Assembly: GCA_049614265.1 (NCBI GenBank)
Contig: JBMZDK010000001.1
Coordinates: 1,400-65,399 of the forward strand
Direction of reading: 5' to 3'
Length of the DNA: 64,000 bases
Source of the DNA: Thiolinea sp.
GTDB taxonomy: Bacteria > Pseudomonadota > Gammaproteobacteria > Thiotrichales > Thiotrichaceae
The notes beneath the pieces are model-generated. The model did not search any database and was not told the DNA's origin. It saw only the letters and a program-made list of their open reading frames with translations. The first letter of the stretch is position 1. Each line of letters begins with the position of its first letter. Made by a program: the position numbers and the translations under genes. Positions 30,561 to 40,919 of this stretch are shown here, piece after piece.

Positions 30561-31037
30561 TCAGGCAGCAGGCAGAATCGGTTGAATAATCTGTTCTTTA
30601 TGGCGCAGGATTACCGGTTTAGCATTTTCAGATCGTGCTATATGGCTGGCCAACCAGGACGCCAGACGCAAACCACTTAGCAAACCACAAACGCCCGCCA
30701 GTACAGCACCGGCATCTGCGTGAAGATTTAATGCTGAAAATAACTCTTTTCCAAGAAAAGCAAAGGCAATCATACTCAACAGTGGCAGCAGATACGCGAA
30801 CACAGAATACATCAGCAATGCATTACCCTGCATGCCAATGACGACTTCATCACCAGGTTTAGCATGTAGCGGATTAGCCACATACATCTTCTCTGCTGCT
30901 GGCTTCATAAAGTCAAACAAGCCATCTGAAGAACAATTTTTTTCAGATTTACAAGAACCACAATAACCAGCTTTTGCCGGTAAAACCCAAGCATATCCTC
31001 TTTGAATGCTGACTACTTTTGCTGTTTGTTCAATCAT
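30561..31037 (-). CDS. rseC: RseC/MucC-family protein
   Basis: MIEQTAKVV, CGSC...C, GDEVVIG, AYLLPL, two TM helices. Start refined to ATG 31037. Confidence 0.88.
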   Translation of the reverse strand: MIEQTAKVVSIQRGYAWVLPAKAGYCGSCKSEKNCSSDGLFDFMKPAAEKMYVANPLHAKPGDEVVIGMQGNALLMYSVFAYLLPLLSMIAFAFLGKELFSALNLHADAGAVLAGVCGLLSGLRLASWLASHIARSENAKPVILRHKEQIIQPILPAA

Positions 31038-31095
31038 TTTGTCGTCCCGCCATTTATTGTTATTACTCATGATGATTATTTTTTAATCATCAATA

Positions 31096-31971
31096 TTATG
31101 GGTCAACATGCCTTAAGCCATTCTGAATAGCTTGCAGGGTTTCTCTGGGTACTTCACCTACCATGGTTACCGTGTGTTGGGCAGTTTTGTGGGTCAGAAT
31201 GTTCGTGGCACCTGATGCCGGAAAGTGTTTTTTTGTATCGCCGGTGACATCACCCGGTTCGATGAATACTGACACAAAAGTCAGGCCGTCTGAAAGCACT
31301 ATCTGATGAGCGTTGGCTTTACCGGGGATCTGGCTAACCTGAGTCACATCAAAACCACGTGGCAGGTCACTAAAATCCCAGGTTTCCGGCATCATGTTAT
31401 CTGCTGCGACAGGTGCCCTCTGAATCACTTCAGAATTCTGCTGCGCCTGTCCCCCGGCTCCAACACTAAGCTGGGTAAACATAAATTGTTCCAGTAACTG
31501 CTGCTGACGGTTCATCACCGAATAACGCAGTAACATGCCGGAATCAGGACTGATGCAGTAACGGTGCAGATAACGCATCTTATCTTTTGGCCTGACTACC
31601 ACCACCTTGCAAGGCAGACCGGCAACCCTGGCTTCACCACCGATATCAATGCTATAAGCCTGTTGATTCGGTAAACGCAGACTATTGGAATTGATCAGAG
31701 AGAATTGTTGCTGACCGGAAGCTGTATTATCCTTATCAAGCTTAATGACTGTCTCTGCACTACTTCCCTGTCCTGGCTGATGTTCAATCTGATACTCAGA
31801 CAATTCACCACCCTTGGAGAAAACCAGCTTGCCATGATAGCTTAATGAATGCACAGCTGACTGCATACTTCTCAGCAATTCGCTACCTTCGTTGGCTAAA
31901 GCCGGTGCCACTCCCAGAACAGGTACTGCTAATACAGCCCCTAACAGAGTCCGTTTAATTTGAGAGTTCAT
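31096..31971 (-). CDS. rseB: RseB/MucB periplasmic anti-sigma-E regulator
   Basis: Signal peptide; MQSAVHSLSYHG, RVAGLPC, PKDKMRY, SDGLTFVSVFIE, TMVGEVP. ATGA overlap with rseA. Confidence 0.88.
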   Translation of the reverse strand: MNSQIKRTLLGAVLAVPVLGVAPALANEGSELLRSMQSAVHSLSYHGKLVFSKGGELSEYQIEHQPGQGSSAETVIKLDKDNTASGQQQFSLINSNSLRLPNQQAYSIDIGGEARVAGLPCKVVVVRPKDKMRYLHRYCISPDSGMLLRYSVMNRQQQLLEQFMFTQLSVGAGGQAQQNSEVIQRAPVAADNMMPETWDFSDLPRGFDVTQVSQIPGKANAHQIVLSDGLTFVSVFIEPGDVTGDTKKHFPASGATNILTHKTAQHTVTMVGEVPRETLQAIQNGLRHVDP

Positions 31972-32639
31972 TTTGAGTAGGAAACCGCCTGAATCGAAGG
32001 AACAATGCCATTATTAGCCCGATGCTGCATATGCAGCGTGACATATTGTTTCAACGCATCGCGGGTTTGCCAGTCAAGATGTTTGTTACTTTGGCGGATA
32101 CGGGATGAGTCCGCAAGGTTCAGTGTTCTTTCTGTCCCGACAGCGTCACTGCTGGTGACAGGTTTAGCTACAGCTTTTGGCTCAGTCGCATTACTCAGCT
32201 GTACCGGACGGCTAACAGCAGCCTGAGTTTCATTTGCCGCTATATTGCCATTATCAACAACCGGCGTCTCGCCTGATTGAAGCAACAACACGCCTGCAAT
32301 AGCCGCGACAGCGACCGAAGCAGCCATAGCAAAAGGCATTGCACTTTTACGCCATTGTCTGTCGTTAGCAGCCACTGATTCATCAGCAAACTGCACAACG
32401 GTTTCACTGTATTCAGGCTCATCTTCCAAAGCAGCATGGATGCCTGACAAGAACTGTTGCTTATCACCCGCCATACTCGCTTGTTTACCACGCATCACTT
32501 CACCCACTAATGCATAGCGACTTAGCGTCTGCCCCAATTCATCATCCCGGTTAAGTTCATCCAATAACCGTCTACGTTCGAATTCACCTGCCTCATCATC
32601 TAAAAATGCTGAGAGAAATTCGTTTTTACTCGTGTTCAT
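31968..32639 (-). CDS. rseA: RseA/MucA anti-sigma factor
   Basis: EFLSAFLDDE, SRYALVGEVMR, single TM AMAASVAVAA, YVTLHMQH. Start refined to ATG 32639. Confidence 0.9.
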   Translation of the reverse strand: MNTSKNEFLSAFLDDEAGEFERRRLLDELNRDDELGQTLSRYALVGEVMRGKQASMAGDKQQFLSGIHAALEDEPEYSETVVQFADESVAANDRQWRKSAMPFAMAASVAVAAIAGVLLLQSGETPVVDNGNIAANETQAAVSRPVQLSNATEPKAVAKPVTSSDAVGTERTLNLADSSRIRQSNKHLDWQTRDALKQYVTLHMQHRANNGIVPSIQAVSYSK

Positions 32640-32675
32640 AATTCCACCTGAGTCCAAAGCTCTGCCCCGGTCTTA

Positions 32676-33251
32676 TTAACTGACCAGTGGCTTTAATACC
32701 TTGTCAATCGCTTCACGCGCACGGAAAATCCGTGAGCGTACGGTACCTATCGGACAATCCATTGTCACGGCTATTTCGTCGTAGCTCATTCCTTCGAGTT
32801 CACGCAGCACTATCGCCGTGCGTAAATCATCAGGCAGTGCCTCGATGGCATTACTGATCGCTGCCTGAATTTCATCCTTTAACACTTCACGCTCGGGTGT
32901 GCCGTACTCCTTTAGAGCAGACTCACCTCCATATTGTTCCGCTTCTTCTGCATCAATATCTGTCGCCGGTGCCCTACGTCCCTGAGAAACCAGATGATTT
33001 TTCGCTGTATTAATTGCAATCCGGTATAACCAGGTATAAAAAGCAGAGTCCCCACGGAAGTTCTTCAGGCCGCGATAAGCCTTGATGAAAGCCTCCTGAG
33101 CGACATCCTGCGCAGCATCGTGATCATGTACATAGCGCATGATCAGATTGATGACCTTATGCTGATATTTTAACACCAGGACATCAAATGATTTTTTTTC
33201 TCCTGACTGTACTTTGCGTACCAGTTCAAGATCCGTCTGGTTAGCGCCCAT
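32676..33251 (-). CDS. rpoE: ECF sigma factor sigma-E (RpoE/AlgU)
   Basis: DLELVRKVQSGE, LVLKYQHK, FRGDSAFYTWLYRIAINTAKN, CPIGTVRSRIFRARE. Confidence 0.98.
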   Translation of the reverse strand: MGANQTDLELVRKVQSGEKKSFDVLVLKYQHKVINLIMRYVHDHDAAQDVAQEAFIKAYRGLKNFRGDSAFYTWLYRIAINTAKNHLVSQGRRAPATDIDAEEAEQYGGESALKEYGTPEREVLKDEIQAAISNAIEALPDDLRTAIVLRELEGMSYDEIAVTMDCPIGTVRSRIFRAREAIDKVLKPLVS

Positions 33252-33363
33252 CCGGGCTTCACTCCTTATTAGTCTGTTCCCGGAGCAAACTGCCCGGACG
33301 GTGTATTATGCTACAGTGTGAGCCACAAGAACAGGATACACACGCGATCAAATAACAGCCAAA

Positions 33364-35023
<1,660 letters not shown>

Positions 35024-35036
35024 CAAACCTAATGAT

Positions 35037-35942
35037 ATGATGACCAGGCCTGTATGTGAGACACACGACACTTCCCCCTCTCTGTCACTATCTTCAGCAG
35101 GCCTTCTGACATGTCTCGGTGAAATAAGCGTTGAACAATTTCTGGAAGGCTATTGGCAACAACAGCCCTTGTTGGTTCGCAACGCTTTTCCCGGTTTTAT
35201 CACTCCGGTCACACCGGATGAATTAGTGAGCATGGCTTGTGACACTGATGCTTCACGACTGGTATTAGAACAAGGTGGACAAGAGCCCTGGGAAGTACGG
35301 CACGGGCCATTACTGGAACGTGACTTTACCGAACTACCTGATTCACACTGGTCGCTGTTAGTCAATGATACTGAACAACTGAAACCGGATCTGGAGCAGA
35401 TTATTGCCCCGTTCCGTTTCATCCCGGACTGGCGTATTGATGACTTGATGATTAGCTATGCAGTGGATGGTGGTTCAGTCGGCCCACACGTGGATGCTTA
35501 TGATGTGTTCCTGTTGCAGGGTGCCGGGGAACGCCGCTGGCAGATTAGCACCCAGCCGGTAGACGACGATAACTTCATTCCGGATATTGATCTTAGAGTG
35601 CTGGCACACTTTGAACCGGAGTATGACTGGATATTAAAACCGGGCGATATGCTGTATTTACCACCTGGTGTGGCACACTATGGTGCTGCCATTGGTGAGT
35701 GTATGACATACTCGATTGGCTTTCGTGCACCATCACAGGCAGATTTGCTTGAGGATTTGTTAGGAGAGCTACTGGAGAACCCGGTATTACAACAGCGTTT
35801 TGCTGATCCGGGGCGCACTTTACAGCACGACCCGACAAAGCTATCCACACAGGATCTGGAACGACTGACAGATTTTGTAATGGAGGTATTACCGGATCGA
35901 CCTGCGGTCAAAGCGTGGCTGACTGAGGCTTATAGCAGCTAA
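35037..35942 (+). CDS. roxA: JmjC/cupin 2OG-Fe oxygenase, RoxA/YcfD (L16 arginyl hydroxylase) type, short C-terminus
   Basis: FLEGYWQQQPL, PDWRIDDLMISYA, GPHVDAYDVFLLQ (HxD), LPPGVAHYG (distal His), TYSIGFRAP. Located next to purB. Confidence 0.85.
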   Translation: MMTRPVCETHDTSPSLSLSSAGLLTCLGEISVEQFLEGYWQQQPLLVRNAFPGFITPVTPDELVSMACDTDASRLVLEQGGQEPWEVRHGPLLERDFTELPDSHWSLLVNDTEQLKPDLEQIIAPFRFIPDWRIDDLMISYAVDGGSVGPHVDAYDVFLLQGAGERRWQISTQPVDDDNFIPDIDLRVLAHFEPEYDWILKPGDMLYLPPGVAHYGAAIGECMTYSIGFRAPSQADLLEDLLGELLENPVLQQRFADPGRTLQHDPTKLSTQDLERLTDFVMEVLPDRPAVKAWLTEAYSS

Positions 35943-35957
35943 AGAAACGGGCTGAAA

Positions 35958-36917
35958 TTACGTCCCGCTCCGCTCTGCTAATTCCCGTTTGCGCGCTTCC
36001 TTCGATCTCACCAGTTCACGCATATTCGCCCCCACATGCTTCTTACCACGTTGTGTAGCAAGATCGATCTGTTTTTTACGCTCACGAAACCGTGATTTTT
36101 GTTGTTCAGTGGTCTGTGAAAAACACAAATGGCAGCTTACGCCATCTTCATAATACTCATGCTGCTTATCCTCCTTAGATAAGGGATAACCACAGGAATG
36201 GCACAAGTCATAACTACCAGCATTCAATTCATGATCTACTGACACCCGGTGATCAAATACAAAACATTCCCCTTGCCACAGGCTATCCTCCGCCGGAACT
36301 TTCTCCAGGTAATTCAGAATACCACCGTCAAGGTGATACACCTCTTCCACACCTTGTGACAACGCATAACCCGTCGACTTTTCACAACGAATACCGCCGG
36401 TACAATACATGGCAATTTTTTTGACTCCACCCTTTTCAATGACGTCATCAAGGTAAGTCTTAAATTCCATAAAACTATCAACCTGAGGGTCTTCTGCACC
36501 GTTAAAAATGCCGATCTGAGTTTCATACTTATTTCGTGTATCCAGCAGCAGCACATCATCTGCCTGTACCAACTCATTCCACTTTTCCGGTGCAACGTAA
36601 GTACCAACCGTTTTGTGCGGCCCAACCTCCTTATTATGGAAGGTGACGATCTCTTGTTTCTGCTTGACTTTAAAGCGGTGAAACGGATTTTTCCCGCAAA
36701 AAGAATATTTCGGCTGCAATTCACCAAACCAAGGCTCTAAACCAGCAATAAAAGCATCAATATGGGCATCCTCACCAGCAATCGTCGAGTTCACCCCCTC
36801 ATCCGCCACAATCAACGTACCAAATACTTCATATTGTTCACGTAAAGCTTTGATACTCTCAGCCACCTGAGCAGGATTATCCAATGCCATGAATTTATAA
36901 AAAGCTGCTACTTTCAT
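35958..36917 (-). CDS. trhO: O2-dependent tRNA uridine(34) hydroxylase TrhO (YceA rhodanese family)
   Basis: AAFYKF, DEGVNST, LDTRNKYE, MYCTGGIRCEK, GGILNYL, GECFVFDHR. Confidence 0.93.
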   Translation of the reverse strand: MKVAAFYKFMALDNPAQVAESIKALREQYEVFGTLIVADEGVNSTIAGEDAHIDAFIAGLEPWFGELQPKYSFCGKNPFHRFKVKQKQEIVTFHNKEVGPHKTVGTYVAPEKWNELVQADDVLLLDTRNKYETQIGIFNGAEDPQVDSFMEFKTYLDDVIEKGGVKKIAMYCTGGIRCEKSTGYALSQGVEEVYHLDGGILNYLEKVPAEDSLWQGECFVFDHRVSVDHELNAGSYDLCHSCGYPLSKEDKQHEYYEDGVSCHLCFSQTTEQQKSRFRERKKQIDLATQRGKKHVGANMRELVRSKEARKRELAERSGT

Positions 36918-36939
36918 CGTCTAAACCACACCCAACCGT

Positions 36940-37515
36940 TTAAAAGTAATCCGGTTCATTACCTGCTTTCCATTTGATATTGCAGCCAATAGAAGCTTTC
37001 TGATCATTTGGCGGATACAGGCCTTTCAGCAAAGCATCCATAGCATTCCGCATATCTTCACCGGTAGCTGCAATATTGTTACCGGGACGTGCATTGTCAA
37101 ACTGACCACGATAAAACAAATGATGATGTTTATCGAACAGGAAAAAATCAGGCGTGCAGGCCGCACGATAGGCCAGTGCGACCGCCTGAGATTCGTCATA
37201 TAGATAGGGAAAGCTATAACCGGCTTTATGGACTTCTTCCACCATCTTTTCGGGACTGTCATCAGGATAATTAGCAACATCATTTGCATTAATCGCAACC
37301 ACCGAAATACCTTTTTCCTGATATTCATGCGCCAGCTGTGCCAGTGCATCGCGAATCAGCACAACATAGGGACAGTGGTTACAAATAAACGCCACCATGA
37401 TTGGTTTGCCGGCAAAATCATCCAGCGACACAATATTACCGCTGGCAGGCTCGGGCAAAGCAAACTCCGGGGCATCTGTACCCAATTCCAGCATTGTAGA
37501 TTCCTTAGCTGCCAT
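36940..37515 (-). CDS. Thioredoxin-fold AhpC/TSA-like redoxin
   Basis: AFICNHCPYV, YPDDSPEKM, YRAACTPDFF, SIGCNIKW. Confidence 0.9.
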   Translation of the reverse strand: MAAKESTMLELGTDAPEFALPEPASGNIVSLDDFAGKPIMVAFICNHCPYVVLIRDALAQLAHEYQEKGISVVAINANDVANYPDDSPEKMVEEVHKAGYSFPYLYDESQAVALAYRAACTPDFFLFDKHHHLFYRGQFDNARPGNNIAATGEDMRNAMDALLKGLYPPNDQKASIGCNIKWKAGNEPDYF

Positions 37516-37625
37516 GATTTACTCCTTAAATTCTCAAACGTATGATCCCGATTATATCGGTTTTAGCAGCTCTGAGGCGATTTTCGGTATAATCTCTCCC
37601 AAAAGCCCCGGACTAAGGAAGCACT

Positions 37626-38543
37626 ATGAAAATCGGCACTTGCCAATATATTGAACAACAATACATTTTTATTGATAACGGCAATCACTATATTCTGCCG
37701 GCCCTGAGCCAGGATGCCGGGATATTACCTGACAACCCGGCCTGGCAGGATATGCATGCCTTCATTGAGCAATACCCTGAGCTAACAATAACACTGAAAA
37801 AAATACTGGCAAATCAGGATCCGGCAGCAGTAATAGCTTATGATCACCCTGAGTTCGCCTTGCTGGCCCCGATTCCCAGACCGCGCAAAAATGTGATGTG
37901 TCTCGGCCTCAACTACCTTGAACATGCTGAAGAAACAGCTGAACATGTTGGACGCAGCGCAAAAAAACCTAAATACCCCATCGTATTTACCAAAGCCACT
38001 CATTGTGTCACCGGACATGAAGCGACTATTCCCTATGACCCTGATAGCTGCTCACAGCTGGACTGGGAATCAGAGCTGGGAGTGATTATCGGCCGTGGCG
38101 GACGCAAGATCAGTGCAGAGAATGCACTGGATCATGTCTTTGGTTACACAGTCATTAATGACCTGAGCGCACGTGACCTGCAGCATAATCACAAACAGTT
38201 TTTCCTCGGTAAAAGCATTGATGGAGGCTGCCCCATTGGCCCTCACATTATCACCGCCGATGAAATTACCGACCCGCAAAACCTTGATCTCAGCTGCAGG
38301 GTTAATGGAGTGACCAAACAGTCTTCAAATACCCGACACATGATTTTTGGTATTGCTGAAACCATTGCCACACTTTCACGCGGCATGACACTGGAACCGG
38401 GCGATATTATTGCTACCGGCACCCCAAGTGGCGTTGGTTTTGTTCGCGAACCGGCGGAATTTTTATTACCCGGTGATGTGGTGGAGTGTGAAGTGGAAGG
38501 AGTTGGTGTACTCCGTAATACCATTGGTCAACCACAAGAATAA
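37626..38543 (+). CDS. Fumarylacetoacetate hydrolase-family protein
   Basis: CLGLNYLEHAEE, FTKA, LDWESELGVIIG, NDLSARD, GDIIATGTPSGVG. Confidence 0.93.
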   Translation: MKIGTCQYIEQQYIFIDNGNHYILPALSQDAGILPDNPAWQDMHAFIEQYPELTITLKKILANQDPAAVIAYDHPEFALLAPIPRPRKNVMCLGLNYLEHAEETAEHVGRSAKKPKYPIVFTKATHCVTGHEATIPYDPDSCSQLDWESELGVIIGRGGRKISAENALDHVFGYTVINDLSARDLQHNHKQFFLGKSIDGGCPIGPHIITADEITDPQNLDLSCRVNGVTKQSSNTRHMIFGIAETIATLSRGMTLEPGDIIATGTPSGVGFVREPAEFLLPGDVVECEVEGVGVLRNTIGQPQE

Positions 38544-38558
38544 ATGCTGCAGTATGCC

Positions 38559-40067
38559 CTACCCTGCCGACAATCTGTCCATTGCCCGGTAAGATAGAGC
38601 TTCAGATAAGTGCCTGGTCTGGATAGCCGCCTGATTATCCAGGTCAGCAATGGTTCGTGAGACCTTGAGAATACGGTGATAAGCCCGTGCTGACAGCTTA
38701 AAATGCTCCATGGCATGACTGAGGAGATTACGATCTTTGTCTGTCAGCAAACAGTGCTCATCTACTTCACGACTACTCAATGCATGATTAGTTTTTTGCT
38801 GTCTTTCCTGCTGACGCTCGCGGGCCTGCAATACCCGTTCCCGAACAGCCCTACTACTTTCACCACCGGTTAACGATTGTAAATCTTCCTGCTTTACCCG
38901 TGGCACATCAACCTGTAAATCAATCCGATCCATAAATGGTGCAGAAATGCGTGAGCGATGGCGCTTTTGCTGCTCAGGAGTACACTCACAATTATCCGCC
39001 CGATCACAGGCCCGCCCCTGTGGACAGGGGTTCATTGCTGCTACCAGTTGAAAATTTGCCGGATACGTGGCCTGACGCGCTGCACGGGAAAGCGTTATTT
39101 TTCCGGTCTCCAGCGGCTCACGCAAGACATCGAGCACCTTACGATCGAACTCGGTTAGCTCATCAAGAAACAAAACACCATTGTGGGCCAATGAAATTTC
39201 ACCCGGCTTGACGTGTGAACCACCACCCACCAGGGCCACTCCCGATGCAGTATGATGTGGCTCACGCACCGGTCGCTTACCCCATTGAGTAGCATCAAAG
39301 CCCTGATTGCTGATTGAAGCAACGGTAGCCGACTCTAATGCCTGCTCTTCACTCAGATCCGGCAAAATGGTTGTCAAGCGGCTGGCCAACATAGTCTTTC
39401 CGGTTCCCGGTGGCCCGACCATCAATAAGTTATGTCCACCGGCAGCTGCAATCTCCAAAGCCCGACGAGCAGCGAACTGCCCTTTCACATCACTGAGATC
39501 AAAAGGGTAATGCACCGGGGCCGTATGAATCTCCTGATGATATCGTGGCAAATCCGCCCCTCCCTGTAAGTGCCCAACCACTGCCTTAAGGTCAGCAGCC
39601 GGATGAACGCTCAAGCCTTTAATCAGACTCGCTTCTTCAGCATTTCCTTCTGGCAATATCAAGCCATGTTCATCAGCCATTACATTCAGTGCTGTAGGTA
39701 AAACGCCATGGACAGCACGCAGCTGCCCCCCCAGAGAAAGCTCGCCAATAAACTCATACTTTTCCAGTGCAGTTAACGGAATCTGATCACTGGCAGCTAA
39801 TATCCCCAGTGCAATGGGTAAATCAAAGCGGCCGCCATCTTTGGGAATATCTGCCGGTGCCAGATTGACAGTAATTCGCTTAACCGGAAAAGCATACCCT
39901 GAGTTTGTGATCGCAGCCCTCACCCGATCACGACTTTCTTTCACGGCTGTTTCCGGTAACCCCACAATTGAAAAGGCTGGCAAACCATTCGCCAGATGAA
40001 CTTCAGCACTGACCAGAGGAGACTCCAGACCAGCATTAGTACGGCTATAAACAATCGCAAGACTCAT
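38559..40067 (-). CDS. comM: YifB/ComM Mg-chelatase-like AAA+ ATPase
   Basis: VGLPETAVKESRDR, VNLAPAD, GPPGTGKT, SLAHNGVLFLDE, AAMNPCP, SARAYHRILKV. The gene is intact. Confidence 0.94.
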   Translation of the reverse strand: MSLAIVYSRTNAGLESPLVSAEVHLANGLPAFSIVGLPETAVKESRDRVRAAITNSGYAFPVKRITVNLAPADIPKDGGRFDLPIALGILAASDQIPLTALEKYEFIGELSLGGQLRAVHGVLPTALNVMADEHGLILPEGNAEEASLIKGLSVHPAADLKAVVGHLQGGADLPRYHQEIHTAPVHYPFDLSDVKGQFAARRALEIAAAGGHNLLMVGPPGTGKTMLASRLTTILPDLSEEQALESATVASISNQGFDATQWGKRPVREPHHTASGVALVGGGSHVKPGEISLAHNGVLFLDELTEFDRKVLDVLREPLETGKITLSRAARQATYPANFQLVAAMNPCPQGRACDRADNCECTPEQQKRHRSRISAPFMDRIDLQVDVPRVKQEDLQSLTGGESSRAVRERVLQARERQQERQQKTNHALSSREVDEHCLLTDKDRNLLSHAMEHFKLSARAYHRILKVSRTIADLDNQAAIQTRHLSEALSYRAMDRLSAG

Positions 40068-40244
40068 GATTTATTTTTTATTAGCAGGCAGAGTTACATG
40101 ATTCTGCATTCCGGGTTACACGCAGGCAAGCAAACGACGACGGATGGGGCAAACATTAATCAGGTTCAACACTCCGTCAATAATACGCCTCCGGCCAACC
40201 TGCAAGCGAGATTCAGGCACCACGCATATTGATATAAAAACCTT

Positions 40245-40496
40245 ATGGAAAAACATACTTCGCTGTTGATAATGCTCTACCTGACCGGGCTGGTCTCAGG
40301 TATTACCGGTGCACTCATACTTTCACCGGATCCACTCAATAATCAGCTACCAGTTTGTCTGACTTCAGTGTGTGCCACCCTTCCCTCGATTCCCCAAATT
40401 TTTGCTTTGTTATTGATCTCCGGAACAATAGCAGCATTGGCAATTCTGCTTTTATCCCGTGCTCTGCACTGGTTGTTTTTTGTTGAAAATGACTGA
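40245..40496 (+). CDS. Small hypothetical membrane protein (two hydrophobic segments)
   Basis: 83-aa ATG ORF filling the gap, with two TM-like stretches. No family recognised. Confidence 0.45.
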   Translation: MEKHTSLLIMLYLTGLVSGITGALILSPDPLNNQLPVCLTSVCATLPSIPQIFALLLISGTIAALAILLLSRALHWLFFVEND

Positions 40497-40632
40497 TGCA
40501 TGAACTTTCTGCTTGTAAAACTTACTAATTCAAGTATAGAATAATTTGATAAAAAATTTTAAGATCAATCTGTTAGCAGAGTAATCCGAAGTAGTTTCTG
40601 CGCAAATATTGATGTAAGGGGGGAATAACAAT

Positions 40633-40860
40633 ATGGAAACCACCATAATGGAAGTCGATTTTAAACATCCTATTCGGCTTAATGCCTGTAGTCCTACAGT
40701 CAGCAGTCATGTATCCGTTTATCGTAAAGAAACTGATGGTTTATTTGGTTATATTGGGACTAATACCGGGGAGGTTGGCGGATTTCTCAGTGAATCTGCA
40801 GTATTAACTGAATTACGCGAGCAGGGTGCTCAGATACGTCACATCTGTCGTTTGGTGTAA
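40633..40860 (+). CDS. Small hypothetical protein (75 aa)
   Basis: Strong RBS (AAGGGGGG), an upstream TTGTAA-N18-TAGAAT promoter candidate (40513-40542) and a downstream terminator. Confidence 0.6.
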   Translation: METTIMEVDFKHPIRLNACSPTVSSHVSVYRKETDGLFGYIGTNTGEVGGFLSESAVLTELREQGAQIRHICRLV

Positions 40861-40879
40861 GGGAAACCATGCGCGAGTC

Positions 40880-40903
40880 AACCCGGCTATATGCCGGGTT
40901 TTT
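40880..40903 (+). terminator. Rho-independent terminator AACCCGGC-TATAT-GCCGGGTT-TTT
   Basis: Perfect 8-bp stem with a T-tract, between convergent genes. Confidence 0.85.
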
Positions 40904-40919
40904 CATGTAATCATAATAA

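Noticed and set aside
38559-40067. Island insertion into comM (a known hotspot)
   Set aside because: The ORF is full length and uninterrupted.
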